Positions 32,378-38,438 of a stretch of DNA of 38,438 bases are shown here, piece by piece (position 1 is the stretch's first letter; each line of letters opens with the position of its first letter). The stretch spans positions 1-38,438 of IMG/VR virus record IMGVR_UViG_3300045988_048834. One strand, written 5' to 3'. Source of the DNA: a virus. The notes under the pieces are model-generated. The model searched no databases. It was not told where the DNA came from and saw only the letters and a list, made by a program, of their open reading frames with translations. The position numbers and the translations under genes are program-made.

Positions 32378-32630
32378 TTATATCCCTCCCTCGTTTTGCT
32401 TGGCGCAAACCGAGCTCAAAAGTTTTAAAGGCAGCACGAAATTGTTGCGCGGGCTGGCCATCCAGCTCCGCCCACATTTCGTATGCGCGTAGCAATGTGC
32501 ACAGAATCTGGTCGTTGCTATAATTAGGAGCAATTTTTCGGCCCTGGTCAAAAAGCCGCGTGACCGTGTTCCGATCCATTTTTTTACAGCAAGCGCTCAT
32601 CATAAATTTGATTGCGGTTTTACGCTTCAT
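32346..32630 (-). CDS. Early protein of unknown function
   Basis: 94-aa ORF, second gene of the early operon. Confidence 0.5.
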   Translation of the reverse strand: MKRKTAIKFMMSACCKKMDRNTVTRLFDQGRKIAPNYSNDQILCTLLRAYEMWAELDGQPAQQFRAAFKTFELGLRQAKRGRDINGQHRITTCP

Positions 32631-32632
32631 TT

Positions 32633-32827
32633 TCAGGCCCCCTTGTTTTGCAGCAGGCTTGCCATCTCGACGGCACCTGCTATGTAGCTGATCGCTTGCG
32701 GCGGCAGCTGCTTAATTTTTTCGGTCAAAGTCTGCATATCCACACACTTGACGGTATCCAGCCCCGGTCGGGTTGCGGTGATTTTGTTGTCGGCCACTTG
32801 GCTCACCTCCTGTCTTTTTCTTGCCAT
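32633..32827 (-). CDS. First early gene in the Cro position, probably leaderless
   Basis: The ATG at 32827 lies 6-7 nt downstream of a consensus -10. The longer ORF-track start at 32866 falls inside the -35 region. Confidence 0.5.
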   Translation of the reverse strand: MARKRQEVSQVADNKITATRPGLDTVKCVDMQTLTEKIKQLPPQAISYIAGAVEMASLLQNKGA

Positions 32828-32833
32828 GGCTAA

Positions 32834-32862
32834 ATTATAGCATCTCTTAGAAAACTTGTCAA
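32834..32862 (-). promoter_or_regulatory. Early lytic promoter (consensus)
   Basis: On the minus strand: TTGACA (32862..32857), a 17-nt spacer, then TATAAT (32839..32834). Confidence 0.7.
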
Positions 32863-32897
32863 GCATTATTTTTTAGCTTAGGCAAAAATAATGCTTG
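32860..32897. promoter_or_regulatory. Operator-like 14-bp inverted repeat bridging the divergent promoters
   Basis: CAAGCATTATTTTT (32860-32873) and AAAAATAATGCTTG (32884-32897) are separated by 10 nt. The arms overlap the -35 elements of both divergent promoters. Confidence 0.65.
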
Positions 32898-32923
32898 ATT
32901 TTTTTCTAGAGATGTGTTATTCT
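32895..32923 (+). promoter_or_regulatory. Repressor-gene promoter (weaker -10)
   Basis: TTGATT (32895-32900), a 17-nt spacer, then TATTCT (32918-32923). Confidence 0.45.
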
Positions 32924-32951
32924 ATACTTGTACCGAGGAGGTGATAGAGTT

Positions 32952-33329
32952 TTGAACGAACGTATTAAATTGGTGCGTAAAAATGAAGGCCTGACCCTGG
33001 AAAAGTTCGGGGAGCGTATCGGAATTACTGCCCCCTCTTGCAGCAATATTGAGAATGGAAAAAAGAACCCATCTGACCAAACCATCCGCTCAATCTGCCG
33101 CGAGTTCAATGTCTCCGAGACTTGGCTGCGCACCGGAGAGGGGGAAATGTACAACCGCCTTGATGATGACGCCGAGTTTAACCTTATTATGGAGTCCATC
33201 GGTGCAAACGACCCGGTCATCGTTCGCATCCTGCGTGCCTATTGGCACCTGCCGGAGGAGGACAAGGCCGCCGTCCGCAGGTTGGTGGACAACGTTGTGG
33301 AGGAGTACAAAAAAAACAGCCCGGAGTAA
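32952..33329 (+). CDS. CI-like XRE-family repressor
   Basis: LNERIKLVRKNEGLTLEKFGERIGITAPSCSNIENGKKNPSDQTIRSICREFNVSETWLRTGEG. I prefer the TTG at 32952 after RBS GGAGGTG; the ORF track starts at 32928. Confidence 0.8.
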   Translation: MNERIKLVRKNEGLTLEKFGERIGITAPSCSNIENGKKNPSDQTIRSICREFNVSETWLRTGEGEMYNRLDDDAEFNLIMESIGANDPVIVRILRAYWHLPEEDKAAVRRLVDNVVEEYKKNSPE

Positions 33330-33339
33330 GCCTCCGGGC
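33309..33339 (-). terminator. Rho-independent terminator (minus-strand sense) overlapping the repressor stop codon
   Basis: GCCCGGAG (33319-33326) pairs with CTCCGGGC (33332-33339). On the minus strand a U8 run follows (plus-strand A8 at 33309-33316). Confidence 0.6.
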
Positions 33340-33345
33340 CTTGTA

Positions 33346-33465
33346 CTAATGCCAGATTCGTTCCAGCGTCAGCAGCCGTGTCAACGCCTTGCGCAAAAAT
33401 AGAGCGTTGCGGTTGCGGCGCAGTATGTAGTTGATTTCTCGAATCATGGCGTCGCTATCGTCCAT
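33346..33465 (-). CDS. Possible 39-aa Arg-rich small protein convergent with the repressor gene
   Basis: MDDSDAMIREINYILRRNRNALFLRKALTRLLTLERIWH. RBS AAGGGGG lies 7 nt upstream and a terminator follows directly. Below the ORF-track cutoff. Confidence 0.3.
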   Translation of the reverse strand: MDDSDAMIREINYILRRNRNALFLRKALTRLLTLERIWH

Positions 33466-33550
33466 CTGTTGTCCCCCTTTCGTTATCTTCATTATAAACA
33501 ACTGTTAGTTGTTGTTCAGCTCGCATTTTAAACAAAATTGTTGTTAAAAA

Positions 33551-33579
33551 TTGTGGATTCCCGAACTTTACACTATAAT
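33551..33579 (+). promoter_or_regulatory. Promoter for the exonuclease-lipoprotein(-integrase) block
   Basis: TTGTGG (33551-33556), a 17-nt spacer, then TATAAT (33574-33579). Small palindromes lie upstream (AACAACT-gtt-AGTTGTT). Confidence 0.5.
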
Positions 33580-33629
33580 ACACCGCCGCGGGCGCAAACT
33601 CTGTCGCAACCGCAGCGGTAAACGAGGAT

Positions 33630-35072
33630 GTGATCAAAATCGCCAACAAAAAGAAAAGTACCGGCAATAACAACAGCGATTTCGCCAACGGTTGCATGTT
33701 GATCATCGCCGCCATCGCGCTTTTGCCTTACTTCTTATCATTTGTCCTCAGCAAATTTGTTTGGACGTCGAAAAGATCCAAGCTGCCAAAATTCCTGCGC
33801 GGGGTGCTGATCGTTTTACTTTGGGTCATCATGCTCCTGTGGGGCCTAGCGGCCTGGGCGCTGCAAACCAACGCCAAAGACACCGGCACGACGTCCAACG
33901 CGATGATTTTATTCTGGGGCATCACCGTCTGCACCCAGGCGCTTGCCTGCCTTTTCATGTACGAGCGCGAGCCGGAAGAAAAGCCCGCGCCTCCTGTTGA
34001 GCCGGAAGTTCCGGACACCTCTGCTGTCGCCGACACGCTGGCCGCTACCCTGACCCCGCGCATCGTTTTTGATGGCTACGAGTACACCCCGGCACCAACT
34101 CCCGCTCCGGCAGCACCTCCAAAGCCGCGCGGCCTGCCGCCGTTCTGTACCCGCGCCCCCGCCGAGCTGGCCGACCTCAGGAAGCTCCACGACTACGTTG
34201 TCGTGGACACCGAGACCACCGGCTTAAATCACCTCACGGATGAGATGATCGAGATTGCCATCATCACCGTGGTCGGTGACCAAACTGTAGAAGAATACAG
34301 CACGTTGATTCATCCGATAGTTCCCGTCTCGGCACAGGCCTCCGCGGTCAACGGCCTGACGGAGGCCGACCTCATCGAGGCCCCGCATCTGGCCGATGTC
34401 CTGCCGGAGATTCGCCGCCGGCTGGACGGCAAAACCATCATCGGCCACAACGTCACCTTCGATTTGGGCTTTATTTCCGATGCGCTGGCCGCACCGGAGC
34501 GCCCCGCCGATCTGTGCTACATTGACACCATGAGTCTCTCCCGCCAGTGCGTACCGGCCAAGACGCACAAGCTCCAGGCGCTGGCCGCTCAACTGGGCCT
34601 TGACCCCGGCCAGGCGCACCGCGCACTGGGCGACGCCCGCACGACCCTGCAGCTATATCAGTACTGTGTGCACAAGCTGGATGCCGATGCCGCCGAGGAG
34701 CGCCGCTTGCGCGCCGAACGCCGCCGCATCAAGCAGGCCGCTCACGATGCCGAGTTCAGCTGGTCGCCGCTCAATAATAAGAATTTTGCTTTTTCCGGCG
34801 ACTTCCTGACAGATCGCGAACGTCTGGAGGGCCTCGTTCTCACCGTTGGCGCGAATTTGCGCACCGAGGTAAACACGAAAACGGACTACCTCGTTACCGG
34901 AGATCTTACCCACCTGCCCGACTGGGCTCTGGCCCGCAAATCCGGCAAGGCCGACAGCCTCAAAAACGCCGGGCAGAATTTAACAAGGCTCACCGAGGCC
35001 GAATACATCGCCCTTATCCAATCCACTACAGCCCTGAAGCCCGCCGCCGAGACCGGGGACTTCAACCAATAA
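33630..35072 (+). CDS. Membrane-anchored DEDDh (DnaQ-like) 3'-5' exonuclease with a C-terminal BRCT domain
   Basis: About three N-terminal hydrophobic helices and a Pro-rich linker. Exo I VVVDTETTGL, Exo II GHNVTFDLGF, Exo III HRALGDARTT. BRCT-like FAFSGDFLTDRERLEGLVLTVGANLRTEVNTKTDYLVTGD. The start (GTG 33630) is uncertain. Confidence 0.75.
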   Translation: MIKIANKKKSTGNNNSDFANGCMLIIAAIALLPYFLSFVLSKFVWTSKRSKLPKFLRGVLIVLLWVIMLLWGLAAWALQTNAKDTGTTSNAMILFWGITVCTQALACLFMYEREPEEKPAPPVEPEVPDTSAVADTLAATLTPRIVFDGYEYTPAPTPAPAAPPKPRGLPPFCTRAPAELADLRKLHDYVVVDTETTGLNHLTDEMIEIAIITVVGDQTVEEYSTLIHPIVPVSAQASAVNGLTEADLIEAPHLADVLPEIRRRLDGKTIIGHNVTFDLGFISDALAAPERPADLCYIDTMSLSRQCVPAKTHKLQALAAQLGLDPGQAHRALGDARTTLQLYQYCVHKLDADAAEERRLRAERRRIKQAAHDAEFSWSPLNNKNFAFSGDFLTDRERLEGLVLTVGANLRTEVNTKTDYLVTGDLTHLPDWALARKSGKADSLKNAGQNLTRLTEAEYIALIQSTTALKPAAETGDFNQ

Positions 35073-35097
35073 AAGCATTTGCAGAGGAGGCAACCTC

Positions 35098-35754
35098 ATG
35101 AAGCGCCTGGTCGCTCTCACCGCTGCCGCTGTCCTGGCCCTGAGCCTGGCCGCGTGCAGCACCGCCCCCAGCACGGCGGACACCCCCGCCGAGACCCCCG
35201 CACCGACTGCCGCGCCCACCACGGAGCCAGACATCTCCCTGCAGGAAGCTGCCGACGCCATCAGCACCGCCGAGCAGATCGAGGTGGAGGACAACCTCTT
35301 TGATGTCACCCTCACCCTGCCCGCCGACTACGCCAGCGACATTACCGCCGAGGAGATCGCGCAGCAGGTGGCCGACGGCAAGGTCCACACCGGCGTGCTC
35401 AACGACGACGGCAGCGTAACGTACACCATGAGCAAGGCCCAGCACGCCGCCCTGCTGGAGAGCATCGCCGCCGAGCTGCGCAGCACGCTGGACGACATGA
35501 TCGGTTCCACCGACTACCCCAACCTCACCCGCATTGAGACGAACGACGATTTCACCGCCTTCACCGTCTACACCACCACTCAGCCCGGCGCGGTGGGGCT
35601 TTCTGACGAAATGTCCGTGCTGATCTACTACACCTGCGGCAAAATGTACGGCATCGTCAGCGGCCAGGAGCCGGGCAACATCCACGTGGACATCCTCAAC
35701 GCCGAATCCGGCGAGCTTGTTTCCTCGCACGATTCCAAAGATTTCAATCAATAA
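35098..35754 (+). CDS. Lipoprotein of unknown function (lysogeny-block moron)
   Basis: Signal peptide MKRLVALTAAAVLALSLAAC with the lipobox L-A-A-C. RBS GAGGAGG. Confidence 0.75.
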   Translation: MKRLVALTAAAVLALSLAACSTAPSTADTPAETPAPTAAPTTEPDISLQEAADAISTAEQIEVEDNLFDVTLTLPADYASDITAEEIAQQVADGKVHTGVLNDDGSVTYTMSKAQHAALLESIAAELRSTLDDMIGSTDYPNLTRIETNDDFTAFTVYTTTQPGAVGLSDEMSVLIYYTCGKMYGIVSGQEPGNIHVDILNAESGELVSSHDSKDFNQ

Positions 35755-35798
35755 AAAAATCCCGCAGCGTTACCAGCACCGCGGGATAGAATATCAGC

Positions 35799-35815
35799 GT
35801 GTCCGAGGTGGACAC
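35799..35815. repeat. GTGTCC-N5-GGACAC palindrome, perfect copy
   Basis: gtgtcc gaggt ggacac; intergenic, 64 nt upstream of the int ATG. Confidence 0.95.
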
Positions 35816-35878
35816 AAACCGAAAACCATTTAGATTATACCACCTCCGGCACGATTCGACAAGTATCGGAGGTTAATT

Positions 35879-36931
35879 ATGGCACTAAAAAAGCGAAAAG
35901 ACGGGCGCTACCAGCGCCGCGTTACCCTTTCCAACGGCAAAACAAAGCTGGTCTACGGCAAAGCGCAGGCAGAGGTCAACGCCGCCGTCCGCCGGGCCAT
36001 GGCAGAGGATAATGCCGGCTTAGAGGTCGGCGACACCACCACCGTTGGCGAGTGGGCTAAAATCTGGCTCACGACCTACAAGTCCGATCTGCGCCCGGCC
36101 ACCGTGCGGATGTATCGGGACGCCTACAACCTGCACATCATGGGCATCATCGGCAGCATGGAGCTGCGCACCGTGCGTCCGGTGCACATCCGCCGGGTGC
36201 TGTCCGGCGTGGCCGATCTATCGGAGAGCTTGCAGCACAAAGTGCTGATAACAGCCCGACAAATTTTTACAAGCGCAAAGCAAAACCACCTCATCAGCAG
36301 CGATCCCACCGAAGGACTAAAAATCACGCGCCACGCCAAGGCAAAACGCAAGGAATATCTCAGTCCTTCCGAGTACACCCGCCTGCTGGAGGACGTCACA
36401 GAGCCGCGGGCGCGGGCGTTCTGTGCATTGTGCATCTACTGCGGCCTACGCCGGGAAGAGGCCCTGGGCCTGCGCTGGACGGACATAGGCCCCGCCGGAC
36501 TGATCGTGGCGCGTGCGGTGAGCTTTCCTGCAGGCAGCAACCGCCATGACCCGAGCATGGAGTTAAAAAGCCCCTCGGCCAACCGCATCGTGCCCATTCC
36601 CGCCGCGCTGCGCCTCATCCTGGCCGAAACGCCCCGCGCCAGCGAGTACGTCGTCCCCAACGCCCGCGGCCAGATTATGACCCAGTCCGCTTACCAGAAG
36701 ATGTGGACCACTCACGTGGAGCCGCACTTCCCCCTGCCCATTCACGCTCACATGTTGCGCCACACCTACGCCACCAACCTGTACCGTGCCGGGGTTGACC
36801 TGCGCACCGCGCAGCAGCTGCTGGGCCACGCCAGCATTCAAATGACGGCCAACATATATACCCATCTGGAGGCCGCCGACAGCCTGCAGGTGGTCGACCG
36901 CCTGGACAACTACTTCGCCACCGCAACCTGA
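35879..36931 (+). CDS. int: Tyrosine integrase
   Basis: [12 protein letters not shown] (Arg), [11 protein letters not shown] (HxxR) and [16 protein letters not shown] (His and the catalytic Tyr). Confidence 0.9.
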   Translation: MALKKRKDGRYQRRVTLSNGKTKLVYGKAQAEVNAAVRRAMAEDNAGLEVGDTTTVGEWAKIWLTTYKSDLRPATVRMYRDAYNLHIMGIIGSMELRTVRPVHIRRVLSGVADLSESLQHKVLITARQIFTSAKQNHLISSDPTEGLKITRHAKAKRKEYLSPSEYTRLLEDVTEPRARAFCALCIYCGLRREEALGLRWTDIGPAGLIVARAVSFPAGSNRHDPSMELKSPSANRIVPIPAALRLILAETPRASEYVVPNARGQIMTQSAYQKMWTTHVEPHFPLPIHAHMLRHTYATNLYRAGVDLRTAQQLLGHASIQMTANIYTHLEAADSLQVVDRLDNYFATAT

Positions 36932-37036
36932 CTACTTTTTGACTACATGCCACAGCAAAGTCAAGCGCCTGGCAAAGCAAAAAAGCAACGCTTCAACGTA
37001 AACTCTGTCCGCACAAAACCGCAAAAGACCGCATCC

Positions 37037-37088
37037 TCTCTGACTACGAATCAGAAGGTCGGGGGTTCGAGTCCCTTCCGGCGCACCA
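37037..37088 (+). other. 3' fragment of tRNA-Arg(ACG), the probable attP core
   Basis: Anticodon stem TCTGA/TCAGA with loop CTACGAA (anticodon ACG), a T-arm GGGGG-TTCGAGT-CCCTT, and a 3' acceptor strand CCGGCGC-A-CCA. No matching 5' acceptor strand or D-arm lies upstream. It starts about 105 nt downstream of int. Confidence 0.75.
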
Positions 37089-37092
37089 AAAT

Positions 37093-37138
37093 AGCCGCGT
37101 GTTATCGCTATTTTTATAGCGTAACACGCGGCTTTTTT
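37093..37138. terminator. Long hairpin terminator after the tRNA fragment, between the convergent int and accessory operons
   Basis: AGCCGCGTGTTA-CGCTAT pairs with ATAGCG-TAACACGCGGCT (18 bp with one bulge) and is followed by T6. Confidence 0.75.
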
Positions 37139-37173
37139 GTTTGCATTCCCGACACTGACTACATAATGACTAC

Positions 37174-37650
37174 TCACCCGCACACAATGCAGTGGTAGTA
37201 CCGCCCGGCCTTGTTAGGCATGGCGTCCGCGTCCATCAGGAAGGCAGCGGCCATGTCGGCGTAGAAGTCCGGCGTGTCCACGTTGTTCGTCCAGGCGACC
37301 TTGTAATAATCCGAGTACATCATGTTCATCACGCACCAGAACGTCTCCGGCGGCGCAGTGACGCCGCGCGGTGCCATATAGGGCGTTGTCTGGGCCAGCG
37401 TCCAATGCGCCCCGGTAGTGCCGTCGGCGTTCTTCATCTTGTCCGCCCAGGTGTGAGCCTCTGCCGCGGAGAGGGCTGCCCCTTCCTGCCCATCGGCGGG
37501 TTCTCCCCTGCGCTCTCGATCATCCAGCGCCATCCAGCACGCGCTGATGGCCCGGATCGTGTCCAGGCGCTGGCCCGTGAGATTTCCGCGCATGCACTCC
37601 AGCATCTCACCGTCGAGGCGCTTTTTAAATTCCTCGATTTCCTTCTTCAT
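37174..37650 (-). CDS. Hypothetical protein, last gene of the accessory operon
   Basis: The ATG at 37650 follows the upstream stop; the ORF track extends to 37668. The Trp/Tyr/Met-rich C-terminal domain (FWCVMNMMYSDYYKVAW) matches no family I recognise. Confidence 0.55.
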   Translation of the reverse strand: MKKEIEEFKKRLDGEMLECMRGNLTGQRLDTIRAISACWMALDDRERRGEPADGQEGAALSAAEAHTWADKMKNADGTTGAHWTLAQTTPYMAPRGVTAPPETFWCVMNMMYSDYYKVAWTNNVDTPDFYADMAAAFLMDADAMPNKAGRYYHCIVCG

Positions 37651-37660
37651 CGGCCCAGCC

Positions 37661-38101
37661 TCACGCAAGCTTTACGATGCTGGCGCAGACGTGGTTCACT
37701 GTCCCGGCCACGCCGCCGACGACAGCGTTGATCGTCGGTGTGCCATTGCAGCAGACCGGAATATAAACCGTCGTCTCCGTGTGCAGCGTCACGACGTCGT
37801 TGGCGGCTACGGTTGCCTGCGCACTCATGCAGGGCAGCGCGATGGTATCCTTGTACCCTTGCAGCGTCACCGTGCCCGCCGCAGTAGCCGTGGCGGTAAC
37901 GTCGTAGCTGATACGGTACAGGCCGCTGCATTCCACCTCAAAGCCGCCGGTATTCGTTTTCAACGCACACCCGGTGTCAGTGTTAAGGATGCCCAGCACA
38001 TTCACCGGCGTGCCTGCCGCCACAAAAGCCTGCGCCGCGTTGTTGTAGGCGTTCTGGGCGCTCTTGTAATGCGGATTCTTCAACTTTCGATTGCAAGCCA
38101 T
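37661..38101 (-). CDS. Small Cys-containing beta-rich protein with a C1q/TNF-jellyroll-like signature (weak call)
   Basis: The ATG at 38101 has RBS AAAGGAG. GLYRISYDVTATATAAGTVTLQ resembles the G-x-Y-x-hydrophobic strand pattern of C1q/BclA-CTD-type jellyrolls. The protein has 8 Cys. Confidence 0.5.
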   Translation of the reverse strand: MACNRKLKNPHYKSAQNAYNNAAQAFVAAGTPVNVLGILNTDTGCALKTNTGGFEVECSGLYRISYDVTATATAAGTVTLQGYKDTIALPCMSAQATVAANDVVTLHTETTVYIPVCCNGTPTINAVVGGVAGTVNHVCASIVKLA

Positions 38102-38438
38102 CTTGAAATCTCCTTTCAAAAAATGCCCGCACAGCTATTGCCGTGCGGGCGTCGCTGTTACAGCGGTTTTTATGCGCACGCAGCGCAGCCGCCGCCGCAG
38201 AACGGGGACGGACCGGCGTTGTAGGCATAGCCGGTGGGGTAGCGGACGACGCCGGTCATCTGGCCCGCCAGCTCCAGCGCGCTGACCTTGTCGCGCAGCT
38301 GCTGGATGGTGTTGGCCTGCATCAGGGCGCGGGTCTGCTCGCCCTCGGAATGGATCGCCGTGGTGATGTCGCAGGTCTGCCGATCCATCTGGGCCGACAG
38401 GTTGGCCATAGCCAGGCGGTTCTCGCAGCAGCAGCCGG
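37895..38438. repeat. Terminal direct repeat, copy 2 (identical to 1..544)
   Basis: Same as copy 1. Both boundaries fall inside coding sequences, which fits an assembly overlap of a circular or permuted molecule rather than att sites. Confidence 0.95.

Larger units (their letters stand above)
1..38438. mobile_element. Complete temperate siphovirus-like phage genome, circular or circularly permuted contig (unique length 37,894 bp)
   Basis: All phage modules are present (lysogeny, recombination/replication, packaging, head, tail, lysis). No host genes flank them. The window ends overlap by 544 identical bases. Confidence 0.9.

Noticed and set aside
33455-33715. An 86-aa minus-strand ORF.
   Set aside because: It covers the predicted promoter and runs antisense to the hydrophobic N-terminus of the exonuclease gene, which makes its hydrophobicity a mirror artefact. 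It has no RBS.
37010-37088. A complete tRNA gene.
   Set aside because: Only the anticodon arm, variable loop, T-arm and 3' acceptor strand are present. There is no complementary 5' acceptor strand (GCGCCGG) or D-arm upstream, so I treat it as an attP fragment.

Overview
The window is a complete, GC-rich temperate siphovirus-type phage genome. I counted about 67% GC in typical coding lines and about 35-42% in one tail-fibre segment. Gene content and Shine-Dalgarno sites look Firmicutes/Clostridia-like. Bases 1-544 are identical to 37895-38438, so this is a circular or circularly permuted contig with a unique length of 37,894 bp and no host flanks.

Almost everything is on the minus strand, read from high to low coordinates:
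- Early region: a leaderless cro-position gene and an Xis-like HTH.
- Recombination and replication: Rad52/Sak-like SSAP, NinB-like protein, a small His-Me finger protein, SSB, a replisome organizer with an internal iteron origin, and DnaB.
- ParA, a ParB-like protein and a sigma-region-4-like regulator, followed by a 420-nt untranslated leader.
- Packaging: Dam-class methyltransferase, HNH, TerS and TerL.
- Head: portal, ClpP-like protease, HK97-type capsid and connectors.
- Tail: major tail protein, G/GT chaperone with a -1 frameshift, tape measure, Dit, Gp37-like protein and fibre.
- Lysis: M23+GH25 endolysin and holins.
- A five-gene accessory operon that runs across the contig junction.

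The plus strand carries the lysogeny block: CI-like repressor, a membrane-anchored DEDDh exonuclease-BRCT protein, a lipoprotein, and a tyrosine integrase next to a 3' fragment of tRNA-Arg(ACG) that is the likely attP. It also carries a separate two-gene cassette with its own consensus promoter, palindromic operator and terminator.

The most unusual signal is a 17-bp palindrome, GTGTCC-N5-GGACAC. It occurs 7 times perfectly and 3 times with one mismatch, mostly at gene junctions. Three helically phased half-sites of related sequence sit at a putative late promoter. All function calls come from motif reading by eye; no database search was possible.
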